NCBI GenBank assembly: GCA_963678585.2
Contig: CAXXGA010000001.1
Span: 518,228-582,227, forward strand
Source of the DNA: Breoghania sp.
GTDB lineage: Bacteria; Pseudomonadota; Alphaproteobacteria; Rhizobiales; Stappiaceae
Reading direction: 5' to 3'
Length of the DNA stretch: 64,000 nucleotides
Part shown: positions 1 to 8,888 of the stretch, piece after piece
Layout of the letters: each line of letters begins with the position of its first letter
How positions within the stretch are numbered: the stretch's first letter is position 1
The notes under the pieces: generated by a model
Seen by the model: only the letters and a program-made list of their open reading frames with translations
Databases searched by the model: none
What the model was told of the DNA's origin: nothing
Program-made: the position numbers and the translations under genes

Positions 1-1
1 G

Positions 2-331
2 TATCTGGGCGAGGTGGTCGAGGTCGGCCCGGCGGAGGCGATCTATCACCGGCAGGCGCACCCCTATACGGCCTCGCTTTTCGCCGCGATGCCCTCCATG
101 GACCCGGACAGCCGCACGGAAGAACCGCCACTTGCGGGCGATCCGCCCAATCCGGTCGATCCGCCGTCGGGCTGCCGTTTCCATACCCGCTGCCGCTTTG
201 CCGAAGGCGTATGCGCGGCTCACAAGCCGCAACTTGCGTCCATTGGCGGCGATGCAGACCATCTGGCCGCCTGTCACATGGGTGATCCGGCCTCCGGCCA
301 CAGCCTTGCAAGCAAGGAGGGTTCGGCATGA
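2..331 (+). CDS. Oligopeptide/dipeptide ABC transporter ATP-binding subunit, C-terminal part (5' end outside window)
   Basis: Frame reads YLGEVVE...HPYTASL...PPSGCRFHTRC...C...AACH, the C-terminal Cys-rich domain of OppF/DppF-type ATPases. Confidence 0.85.
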   Translation, partial: YLGEVVEVGPAEAIYHRQAHPYTASLFAAMPSMDPDSRTEEPPLAGDPPNPVDPPSGCRFHTRCRFAEGVCAAHKPQLASIGGDADHLAACHMGDPASGHSLASKEGSA

Positions 332-1305
332 GCGAGACGCCGCTTGTCGAGTTCCGCGACCTGACCGTTCGCTTCAGGGGCGACCAGACGGTTCATGCGA
401 TCAACGGGATCAGCCTTCAGCTTCAACAGGGCGAGATGCTGGGGCTTTTAGGCGAATCCGGTTCCGGCAAGAGCGTCACGCTGAAGACGCTTCTCCAGCT
501 CCTCCCGCCACGGCGCAGCGAGATCGAGGGCGGTGTCTTCGTGGACGGCACCGACGTGATGGCGCTGAAGGGCCGGAAGCTTTCCGCCTTTCGCGGCTCG
601 GATGTGTCCATGGTCTTTCAGGAACCGGCGCTGGCGCTCGATCCGGTCTACACCATCGGCGACCAGATCGCGGAAACCGTAATGCGCCACAAGGGGGCAA
701 GCCGGGAAGCGGCCAACGACGTGGCGCTCGACATGCTGACGCGGGTGCGCATTCCCTCGCCTGAACGTCGCCTGAAGGCCTATCCGCACGAGATGTCCGG
801 CGGCATGCGTCAGCGTGCGATGATCGCGCTGGCGCTCGCCTGCCGCCCCAAGTTGCTGCTGGCGGACGAGCCGACCACCGCGCTCGACGCCACCGTCCAG
901 ATCCAGATCCTGCTGCTCTTGCGCGAGTTGCAGCGCGAGTTCGGCATGGGCGTCATCTTCGTCACCCACGATATCGGCGTGGCGGTGGAGGTTTCCGACC
1001 GGATTGCGGTGATGTATGCGGGCGCCATCGTTGAGACGGGCACGGCGCGTCAGGTGATCAAGAACCCGCGCCATCCCTATACGCGCGGCCTGCTGGCGGC
1101 CAATCTGCACGGGGCGGTGAAGGGCGAACGGCTCGACGCCATTCCCGGCGCTCCTCCCGCCCTGCACGAGCCGCCGACGACCTGCTCCTTCGCACCGCGC
1201 TGCGCCCATGCCACGGTCGCCTGCCGGGCCGCACTACCGCCGGTTCTCGATGTGGGCGAGGGCCACAAGGTCGCCTGCGTGATGGAAGCGCAGGCCACCG
1301 CCTGA
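328..1305 (+). CDS. Oligopeptide/dipeptide ABC transporter ATP-binding subunit (OppD/DppD type)
   Basis: Walker A GESGSGKS, signature MSGGMRQR, LLADEPTTALD, HPYT, C-terminal CSFAPRC...C...ACV; ATGA overlap with upstream gene. Confidence 0.92.
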   Translation: MSETPLVEFRDLTVRFRGDQTVHAINGISLQLQQGEMLGLLGESGSGKSVTLKTLLQLLPPRRSEIEGGVFVDGTDVMALKGRKLSAFRGSDVSMVFQEPALALDPVYTIGDQIAETVMRHKGASREAANDVALDMLTRVRIPSPERRLKAYPHEMSGGMRQRAMIALALACRPKLLLADEPTTALDATVQIQILLLLRELQREFGMGVIFVTHDIGVAVEVSDRIAVMYAGAIVETGTARQVIKNPRHPYTRGLLAANLHGAVKGERLDAIPGAPPALHEPPTTCSFAPRCAHATVACRAALPPVLDVGEGHKVACVMEAQATA

Positions 1306-1351
1306 CAGGCCGATCAGATGAGTGGAAAAGCGCTGACGGCGCTACTCGCCG

Positions 1352-2809
1352 TCAGTGCATCTGCTCGCGCAGAAACTCCAGGAACTTCGTATTCGTGCCG
1401 TGGGCGACGTTCACACGGATGGCCGTCATCCCGGAAGGAGAACGGTCGGGACTGAACACGCTTCCCGGCGCAATAAAGATGCTTTTTTCGGCCGCGCGGC
1501 GCACCAATTCCAACTCGTCGAGCTTTTTCGGGAAGCGCGCCCAGACATAGAAGCCCGGTGTGACGGCTTGCCGCACCGTCATCCCAACATCCTCCAGCTC
1601 GGCGATTGTCGCCTTGTGTGCCTTTTCCACTTGAGCGCGCAGTCGCCGCAAATGGCGCAGATATTGGCCACCTTGAATGAGATTGAAGACGAAACGCTCC
1701 ACATAGTCGGAACTCGCGACCGTGGTCAGCATCTTCAAATTCGTCAAAGCAGAGATGGTGTCCGGATTTCCTGTGACATATCCGCAGCGCAAACCCGCCG
1801 ACAAAGTCTTCGAGAATGTTCCAATATACAGAACTCGCTTGAGCTGATCGAGCGCGGCAAGGCGGGGCATCGTGGCCGGAACGATGTCCGCGAGTGCGTC
1901 ATTTTCGACAATGAGAAAACCCCAGCGCTCCGCAAGCTGCATCAGGCCGAAGGCCACCGCCGGGGACAATGTGCTGCCGGTGGGGTTGTGAACCAGCGAC
2001 TGGGTGAAAAACACCTTGGGCCGATGGAGCGCGAGCTTTTCGTTCAGATCCCCCAGATCCGGACCGTCCGGGCCTCGCCGCACCCCGACAATACGGGCCT
2101 TGGCCAGCGTCAGCTTGCCGAAAAGCGGGTAATAGCCTGGATCGTCTACGAAAACCGTGTCGCCGGGCTCGATCAGGTGGCGCACGATAAGGTCCAGCGC
2201 GTGATTGGCCCCGTGGGTGAGCAGAATGCCGTCCGGCGCCACATTGATGGAGCGTTCCAGCAGCATCATCCTGAGCCGGCTGCGCAAGGGGCCGTACCCC
2301 CAAGCACTGCCGTAGCCGAACATCGTCGCATTCGGATCGGCGGAGCGGAAACTGGAAAAATAGCGTTTGAGTTCAGAACCTTCCGCCCAGAACGGCGGAG
2401 GGCGCCCATCGCCGGGGCGCACTTCATAATGCTGTTCGAGCTGCTCCTGGAGCAGCGAAACCACGTCAATGGCGGAGGCCACATGGGGCGGCGGCTGGTT
2501 TGCGGGCGGGATATTAAACTGGGCGACGTAATAGCCGGAACCGGGCCGCGCCTCCAGAAGCCCCTGGGCGACGAGACGGTCGTAGGCTTCGGCCATGGTG
2601 TTCTTCGATACGCCATGTGCGCGCGCTGCTTCACGCACGGACGGCAACCGCTCACCGGGCTTGAAAGCGCCCGCCGAAAGCAAACGGCTGACCTGTTCGA
2701 CAATCCGCCCGGCTCGCGTAAGCCTTGATTTTCCAACGGTTTCCGCGTCGGAATGCCGCACTTCTGCCGTAGATGGCCCCTCTCTGCTATCTATGATTGT
2801 GCCACCCAT
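1352..2809 (-). CDS. MocR/GabR-family transcription regulator (GntR wHTH plus PLP-binding aminotransferase-like domain)
   Basis: GERLPSVREAA...GVSKNTMAEAY...ARPGSGYYV wHTH; PLP lysine motif YIGTFSKTLSAGLRCG. Start uncertain (2809 ATG or 2830). Confidence 0.9.
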   Translation of the reverse strand: MGGTIIDSREGPSTAEVRHSDAETVGKSRLTRAGRIVEQVSRLLSAGAFKPGERLPSVREAARAHGVSKNTMAEAYDRLVAQGLLEARPGSGYYVAQFNIPPANQPPPHVASAIDVVSLLQEQLEQHYEVRPGDGRPPPFWAEGSELKRYFSSFRSADPNATMFGYGSAWGYGPLRSRLRMMLLERSINVAPDGILLTHGANHALDLIVRHLIEPGDTVFVDDPGYYPLFGKLTLAKARIVGVRRGPDGPDLGDLNEKLALHRPKVFFTQSLVHNPTGSTLSPAVAFGLMQLAERWGFLIVENDALADIVPATMPRLAALDQLKRVLYIGTFSKTLSAGLRCGYVTGNPDTISALTNLKMLTTVASSDYVERFVFNLIQGGQYLRHLRRLRAQVEKAHKATIAELEDVGMTVRQAVTPGFYVWARFPKKLDELELVRRAAEKSIFIAPGSVFSPDRSPSGMTAIRVNVAHGTNTKFLEFLREQMH

Positions 2810-2861
2810 TTCTCTGGGACAGTCATGCAAATTGTCGTCTGAACTGTCCCTTGATTGTCCC
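2796..2861. promoter_or_regulatory. Repeated (A)(T/C)TGTCCC-type motifs in the divergent MocR/TRAP promoter region; candidate MocR operator
   Basis: GGGACAGT (2816-2823) is the exact reverse complement of ACTGTCCC (2843-2850); direct variants ATTGTCGT (2831), ATTGTCCC (2854), ATTGTGCC (2796). Confidence 0.55.
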
Positions 2862-2933
2862 CCCTCTTTTTATGACACTTTCGGCCGAACAACAATCACT
2901 GTGCATGACTTAAAGCCGTTCTGGGAGGTACTT

Positions 2934-3968
2934 ATGACGAACATAAACCGTCGCCATTTTCTGACCGCTTCCACGCTGGGTGGAGCAGCTTCTCTTGCCA
3001 TGCCAGCCGTTGCGAACGCTGCCGACAAGGTGCAGTGGCGCATGCAGGCCCTTTGGGATGGCGGCACCACGCCTTACGAATTCGAGAAGAAGTTCGTCGC
3101 ACGTGTTGCCGAACTCACCGAAGGCAATTTCGAAATCAAGCTGTTCTCGGCAGGCCAGATCGTTCCGGCCAACCAGGCCTTCGATGCGGTGCGCAGCGGC
3201 GCCTTCCAGATGATGAAAACCTTCGACGGCTACGAAGCTGGCAAGATCCCATCTTTCGCCTTTACATCGACCATCCCCTTCGGCTTCCCCGAGTCCGATC
3301 AGTACGAGGCCTGGTTCTATGAACTCGGCGGCCTCGACATGGCTCGGGAAGCCTATGCCAAGGCGGGCCTGTTCTACATCGCGCCCACCGTCTACGGCCA
3401 GGAACCGATCCACTCCACCATCAAGATGGAGAGCATCGCGGACATGGCCGGCAAGAAAGGCCGCTTCGTAGGCCTCGCTTCCGCCGTCATGGGCGACCTC
3501 GGCGTGGCCGTCACGCCGATGGCTACGGCGGAAGTCTATACGGGTCTGGAAAAGGGCCTGATCGACTTCGCCGACCGCGGCGACCTCACCGCCAATTTCG
3601 AGGCGGGGCTCGCCGAAGTCGCGAAGTACCTGATCCTGCCGGGCGTGCACCAGCCGACCACGGCGACCAGCTATGTCGCCAATCAGGCCGCCTACAACGC
3701 CCTGCCGGACGCCTACAAGGCGGCGCTTGCCGTCGCAGCGCGTGAAATCTCCGGCTCGCTGCGCCAGCACATCCTCGTGCAGGACACCATCGTGCTCACG
3801 AAATATCGGGAAGCCGGCGTCGAGATCATCAATCTCGATCCGTCCGATATTTCCTCCAACCGCGCAAAGGCGGTGGATTCCTGGAAGAAGGCGACCAAGG
3901 GCGATCCCCTGGCGACGAAGATCGTCGACAGCCAGGTCACCTTCATGCAGTCGCTCGGCCTGCTCTGA
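2934..3968 (+). CDS. dctP: TRAP transporter substrate-binding protein (DctP family, TakP/monocarboxylate-like), Tat signal
   Basis: SD GGAGG before ATG 2934; N-terminus MTNINRRHFL...ANA; GNFEIKLFSAGQIVP, GKKGRFVG (conserved Arg), EVYTGLEKGLID. Confidence 0.9.
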   Translation: MTNINRRHFLTASTLGGAASLAMPAVANAADKVQWRMQALWDGGTTPYEFEKKFVARVAELTEGNFEIKLFSAGQIVPANQAFDAVRSGAFQMMKTFDGYEAGKIPSFAFTSTIPFGFPESDQYEAWFYELGGLDMAREAYAKAGLFYIAPTVYGQEPIHSTIKMESIADMAGKKGRFVGLASAVMGDLGVAVTPMATAEVYTGLEKGLIDFADRGDLTANFEAGLAEVAKYLILPGVHQPTTATSYVANQAAYNALPDAYKAALAVAAREISGSLRQHILVQDTIVLTKYREAGVEIINLDPSDISSNRAKAVDSWKKATKGDPLATKIVDSQVTFMQSLGLL

Positions 3969-3985
3969 GCCTGAAGGCAGCTACG

Positions 3986-4019
3986 CGCGCGGCAGGAGGA
4001 ACAATCCTCCGGCCGCGCG
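3986..4019 (+). other. Intercistronic stem-loop after dctP
   Basis: CGCGCGGC-A-GGAGGA / TCCTCC-G-GCCGCGCG inverted repeat with a 4-nt loop; no U-tract. Confidence 0.55.
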
Positions 4020-4060
4020 AAGCTTCCCTGTAAGAAAAGCCGTCACCGATCGGCCAGACC

Positions 4061-4597
4061 ATGCAAAAATTCTGCGATTTTGTTACCGGCCTCAACAGGC
4101 TGCTGTTCGCGTTCGCCGCGATGATTATTTTCGCCGTTGTCCCGATTCTGCTCTACGAGGTCATTGCACGTTACGCCTTCGACGCCCCCACCGTGTGGGC
4201 GATGGAAGCGAGTACGCTGATTTTCGGACCGCATTTCATGCTTGCAGGCCCTTATCTGCTGCATCTGCGCGGGCATGTGGCGGTCGACATCCTGAGCGAG
4301 AAGGCGCAAGGCCCGGCCAAGCGCGCCATCGAGATCTTCGCCTATATCGTTATCGCCATCTTCGCGGGCGTCTTCGCCAAGGTCAGTTGGCCGCTGGCGG
4401 TCAATGCCTGGTCGCTCGGCGAGACGAGTTTCTCCGCCTGGAACCCGCCGATCTGGTGGATGAAGTTCATCGCCCCCTTCGCCTTTGCGATGATGTTTGC
4501 CCAGGCGCTGGCGGAAGCCGCTCAGGCCCTCTTCGTTCCGGACCAAGATAAAGAGGCTGCGCCCAACGGGGCCAAGGCCAATGGGGAGGCACACTGA
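4061..4597 (+). CDS. dctQ: TRAP transporter small permease
   Basis: Four hydrophobic segments; EVIARYAF..PTVWAME, HVAVDIL motifs; lies between dctP and dctM. Confidence 0.88.
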   Translation: MQKFCDFVTGLNRLLFAFAAMIIFAVVPILLYEVIARYAFDAPTVWAMEASTLIFGPHFMLAGPYLLHLRGHVAVDILSEKAQGPAKRAIEIFAYIVIAIFAGVFAKVSWPLAVNAWSLGETSFSAWNPPIWWMKFIAPFAFAMMFAQALAEAAQALFVPDQDKEAAPNGAKANGEAH

Positions 4598-5910
4598 TGG
4601 GCTCCGAATCCGTCCTTGCCATCATGTTTGCAAGCCTCGTCGGCCTTCTGCTGACCGGCGTACCGCTGGCCTTCACGCTCGGCGCGCTGGCACTCCTGTT
4701 CACCATCACCTTGTGGGGACAGGCGGCGCTCACCGTCACCGTGCTCAATCTCTTCGACACGATGCACTCGGAATCGCTTCTGGCGATCCCGCTCTACGTG
4801 ATGATGGCGAGCGTGCTGCAACGTTCCGGCGTGATCGAAAGCCTCTACAAGGCGATGGAAATGTGGTCGCGCCGCCTGCCGGGCGGGCTTGCGGTCGGCA
4901 CCATCGCCATCTGCACGATCATCGCCGCCATGACCGGCATCGTGGGCGCCGCCGTCGCGGCCATGGGCCTGCTCGCGCTGCCCTCCATGCTGAAGCGCAA
5001 TTACAGCCCGGAACTCGCCATCGGCACCATTTGCGCGGGCGGCACGCTGGGCATCCTGATCCCCCCCTCCGTCATCACCATCGTCTATGCGGTGACGGCG
5101 CAGGCCTCCATCGGGCAGATGTTCATCGCCGGCGTCGCACCGGGGCTCCTGCTGGCCTCGCTCTATATCGGCTACATCGTTCTGCGCGCGGCGCTGAACC
5201 CGAAGCTCGCACCGCGCCCGCCTCACGAGGAAGACATCACGTGGGAAATGCGGGTTGCCTCGCTGAAATCGCTTGTGCTGCCGATGCTCATCATCTTCGG
5301 CGTGCTTGGAACTATCTACATGGGCATCGCGACGCCGACCGAGGCCGCGGCCGTGGGCGTTGCGCTTGCCTTCGGCTCCGCAGCCCTGGAGCGACATCTC
5401 AATTTCGATCTCTTGCAGGGCGTCGCCTTCGACGTGGTCAAGGTGACGACGATGATCCTCTGGATCACCATCGGCGCGCGCGCCTTCGTCGCCATCTTCA
5501 CCGGCACGGGCGGAGCCGACTTCCTGCTCGGTTTCATCGAGAACCTCGACGCCAACCGCTGGGTCGTGCTGGCGGTGATGCTGGCGATCCTGTTCTTCCT
5601 CGGCATGTTCCTGGATGAGATCGGCATCATCCTGCTGTGCGTGCCGGTGTTTCTGCCGGTCATCGATTTCCTCGATTTCGACCGGCTGTGGTTCGGCATC
5701 CTGTTCCTGGTCTCCGCGCAGATGGCCTATATCTCCCCGCCCTTCGGATACACGCTTTTCTACATGAAGGGCGTCCTTCCCGAAGGCATCGGCATGGGCA
5801 CCGTCTATCGCGCGATCATTCCCTTCATCCTGTTACAGGCATTTGGGATTTTGATCTGCGCGGCCTTCCCGGAACTGGTGCTGTGGCTTCCCAACTCCAT
5901 GATGAAATAA
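4597..5910 (+). CDS. dctM: TRAP transporter large permease
   Basis: LLAIPLY, GGLAVGTI, GTICAGGTLGILIPPS, TPTEAA, ISPPFG motifs; TGATG coupling to dctQ. Confidence 0.92.
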   Translation: MGSESVLAIMFASLVGLLLTGVPLAFTLGALALLFTITLWGQAALTVTVLNLFDTMHSESLLAIPLYVMMASVLQRSGVIESLYKAMEMWSRRLPGGLAVGTIAICTIIAAMTGIVGAAVAAMGLLALPSMLKRNYSPELAIGTICAGGTLGILIPPSVITIVYAVTAQASIGQMFIAGVAPGLLLASLYIGYIVLRAALNPKLAPRPPHEEDITWEMRVASLKSLVLPMLIIFGVLGTIYMGIATPTEAAAVGVALAFGSAALERHLNFDLLQGVAFDVVKVTTMILWITIGARAFVAIFTGTGGADFLLGFIENLDANRWVVLAVMLAILFFLGMFLDEIGIILLCVPVFLPVIDFLDFDRLWFGILFLVSAQMAYISPPFGYTLFYMKGVLPEGIGMGTVYRAIIPFILLQAFGILICAAFPELVLWLPNSMMK

Positions 5911-5932
5911 CCCGTAGAAAGCAGGACACACG

Positions 5933-7210
5933 ATGAGCGACGCGAAATCGTCCCGTATCGAAGGCCTTCACAAGATGTCCCCGGCCGAGCGCCTGCAGGC
6001 CGTGGCGAAACAGGCCGAGCTTGGCAATGCCGCAATCGATAGCCTGACCGCAGCCGCAGAGGGCCAGATCGAGCTGGCGGACCGCATGGTCGAAAACGCC
6101 ATCTCCTCCATGGCCATTCCCATCGGCGTCGCCACCAACATGGTGGTGGACGGCAGGGAAGTTCTCGTGCCCATGGCGACGGAGGAATCCTCCGTCATCG
6201 CGGCCGTCTGCAACTCCGCCAAACGTTGCCGGTCGACCGGCGGGTTCAAGACCTCGGCGAGCGGCCCCGTCATGGCGGCCCAGATCCAGCTTCTGGGCGC
6301 CAGCGACCCGGCCAACGTGCGCCTCAAGGTCTATGAGCACTACGACGAGATCCGCACCATCTGCGACGAGACCGATCCACTTCTGGTGAAGTTCGGCGGG
6401 GGTTTCCGCGATCTCGACATTCGTGTCATCGACACCGACGAAGGCCCGATGACCATCGTCCACATCATCGTGGACACCCGCGATGCGATGGGGGCCAATG
6501 CGGTCAACTCCATGGCGGAGACCCTTGCGCCGCGCCTGGCCGAATGGACCGGCGCGCGCACGCTCCTGCGCATTCTGACCAATCTCGCCGACCGCCGCGT
6601 CGTGCGCGCCCGCGCCGTGTGGCCGGTGAACGAGATCGGTGGCGAGCAGGTGCGCGACGACATGCTGTCGGCCTATCACTTCGCCGATGCCGATCCCTAC
6701 CGTGCGGCGACCCACAACAAGGGCATCATGAACGGTATTTCGGCGGTCGTGCTGGCCACGGGCAATGACACCCGCGCCATCGAGGCGGGCGCACACGCTT
6801 TTGCCGCGCGCGACGGCTGGTACCGTTCCATGTCGCGCTGGGAAGAGGATGCGCAAGGCAATCTCGTCGGCATTCTGGAAATGCCGATGGCCGTCGGCCT
6901 CATCGGCGGGGCGACCAAGATTCACCCGACCGCGCAGGCCAATATCGCCGTTCTCGGCGTGGAGACCGCCGATGCGCTCGCCCGGATCATCGTCTCCGTC
7001 GGCCTTGCGCAGAATTTCGGTGCGATGCGCGCGCTGGCGACGACCGGTATCCAGAAAGGCCACATGGCGCTTCATGCGCAGAATGTGGCGCTGATGGTGG
7101 GCGCCGTCGGCGACGAGATCGATCTGGTCGCCTCGGAACTGAAGGCGCTGGGCAAGGTGCGTCAGGATCTGGCGGAGGAAATCCTCCTGCGGATCCGCGC
7201 TGGCAAGTGA
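5933..7210 (+). CDS. mvaA: Class II (degradative-type) hydroxymethylglutaryl-CoA reductase
   Basis: MVENAI, VPMATEESSVIAA (Glu), DAMGAN, THNKGIMNG (Lys), GNDTRA (Asp), GIQKGHMALH (His): all class II HMGR catalytic motifs present. Confidence 0.93.
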   Translation: MSDAKSSRIEGLHKMSPAERLQAVAKQAELGNAAIDSLTAAAEGQIELADRMVENAISSMAIPIGVATNMVVDGREVLVPMATEESSVIAAVCNSAKRCRSTGGFKTSASGPVMAAQIQLLGASDPANVRLKVYEHYDEIRTICDETDPLLVKFGGGFRDLDIRVIDTDEGPMTIVHIIVDTRDAMGANAVNSMAETLAPRLAEWTGARTLLRILTNLADRRVVRARAVWPVNEIGGEQVRDDMLSAYHFADADPYRAATHNKGIMNGISAVVLATGNDTRAIEAGAHAFAARDGWYRSMSRWEEDAQGNLVGILEMPMAVGLIGGATKIHPTAQANIAVLGVETADALARIIVSVGLAQNFGAMRALATTGIQKGHMALHAQNVALMVGAVGDEIDLVASELKALGKVRQDLAEEILLRIRAGK

Positions 7211-8118
7211 GCGGCACCGTGACATCCGATACCGTCACCATCGTGGAGGTCGGCCCGCGGGACGGCCTCCAGGCCCACAAGGAACCGATCTCGACTGAAG
7301 CGCGGATCGGGCTGATCCAACGTCTTCGAAAGGCCGGCGTCACGCGCATGGAGGTCGGCTCCTTCGTCTCGCCCAAGGCCGTGCCGCGCATGGCGGATAC
7401 GGCGGAGGTGATGGCCGCCGTCGGCTCCGCCTCGCAAGCCGACGACATGGTCCTTGTCGCCAATGCCCGCGGACTCGATCAGGCGATTGCGGAAGGCGCG
7501 CGCACCATTGCGGTCTTCACGGCGGCCAGCGACGGCTTTGCGGAAAAGAACATCGGCTGCACGGTCGATGCCTCGCTGGAACGCTTTGCGCCTATCGTGA
7601 CACGGGCGCGGGAAAACGGCATCACCGTGCGCGGCTATATTTCCACGATCACCGACTGCCCCTATTCCGGCTCCGTCGAACCGGACGCCGTGGTCCGCGT
7701 CGCCAATGCGCTGACCGAGATGGGCTGCGGCGAGATTTCGCTTGGCGAGACGCTGGGCCGCGCCACTCCACGGCGGATCGCCGCCGTCATCGAGGCGGTG
7801 GCGAAAGACGTGCCCATGAGCAGCATTGCCGCCCATTTCCACGACACCTACGGCATGGGCGTCGCCAATGTGTGGGAAGCGGTGCGCCTCGGCGTGCGCA
7901 CGGTGGATGCGGCGGCAGGCGGTCTCGGCGGCTGCCCGTTTGCGCCCGGCGCAACCGGCAATGTGGCGAGCGAAGACGTCATCTACATGCTGCACGGTCA
8001 GGGCTATGAGACCGGCATAGATATGGATGCGCTTCTGGATGCGGCGGCCTATTGCAAGGACGCCATGGGCATCGCCCCGGTGAGCCGGGTCTATCACGCC
8101 ATCCGGCGCTGCATCTGA
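7207..8118 (+). CDS. mvaB: Hydroxymethylglutaryl-CoA lyase
   Basis: EVGPRDGLQ, EVGSFVSPKAVP, HFHDTYG, GLGGCPFAPGATGNVA; GTGA overlap with mvaA stop. Confidence 0.93.
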   Translation: MSGTVTSDTVTIVEVGPRDGLQAHKEPISTEARIGLIQRLRKAGVTRMEVGSFVSPKAVPRMADTAEVMAAVGSASQADDMVLVANARGLDQAIAEGARTIAVFTAASDGFAEKNIGCTVDASLERFAPIVTRARENGITVRGYISTITDCPYSGSVEPDAVVRVANALTEMGCGEISLGETLGRATPRRIAAVIEAVAKDVPMSSIAAHFHDTYGMGVANVWEAVRLGVRTVDAAAGGLGGCPFAPGATGNVASEDVIYMLHGQGYETGIDMDALLDAAAYCKDAMGIAPVSRVYHAIRRCI

Positions 8119-8142
8119 GCCGGGCACGCCTTGAAGGACACG

Positions 8143-8177
8143 ACCGCCGGCCTCGTTGCGCGAGACCGGCGGTTTTT
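8143..8177 (+). terminator. Intrinsic terminator after mvaB
   Basis: ACCGCCGG...CCGGCGGT stem followed by a T-run. Confidence 0.7.
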
Positions 8178-8182
8178 CGCGC

Positions 8183-8626
8183 CTATTCGGCGGCGCTGCT
8201 TTCTCTCCATTCCAGAACGAGCTGGGTCTGCGTGACGACCGCACACAGCTTGCCGTCGCCGCGGGTCACCTTCACTTCCCAGATCATTGTGGTACGCCCG
8301 ACATGGTAGGGCGTGACCGTGGCGCGGGCGATGTCCCCGATACGGATCGGGCGCATGAAATTGGTCTTGCTCTCCAACGTCACCGTGCTCTGGCCTTCGC
8401 CGAGATTCAGAAAGGTGGCCGTGCCGCAGACATTGTCGGCAAGCGACATCAGCGCCCCGCCGTGCAGCACGCCGTTGCGGTTGCCCAGCCACGGCTCAAC
8501 CACCATTTCGCCCACCACTTTTTCCCGGCTGTGAGAGACCGTGCGCATCTTCAAGGCGTCCGCAAAGGGAGACAGCGTATCCGCCACCTGCTGCATCCGG
8601 TCTTCTTCGTCCATCGTCACCGTCAT
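8183..8626 (-). CDS. PaaI/hotdog-fold acyl-CoA thioesterase
   Basis: NRNGVLHGGALMSLADNVCG, TLESKTNFMRP; start likely 8626 or 8614. Confidence 0.85.
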   Translation of the reverse strand: MTVTMDEEDRMQQVADTLSPFADALKMRTVSHSREKVVGEMVVEPWLGNRNGVLHGGALMSLADNVCGTATFLNLGEGQSTVTLESKTNFMRPIRIGDIARATVTPYHVGRTTMIWEVKVTRGDGKLCAVVTQTQLVLEWRESSAAE

Positions 8627-8888
8627 TCGACCTGCCCGTTTCCGTTTTCTGCCGCAAGGTTTAGGACGCGCGCGGGCCCTTGGCAAAGCTTTTCGACCGA
8701 TCGGAAACGTGCATTTTCGCTCTCGATACACCACACAGGCGAAACGGCACTGGTGTCTCAGGGGCAGGTAACGCTAATGTCCTGCACAAGACGATCTGTC
8801 ATCTGAAAAACGGGTCAAAAAAGACACGGCATTCGCCGCGCGGGAGGAGTGCGGCAATCGGACCCTTGGGGAAATCGGGAGGAACTAC

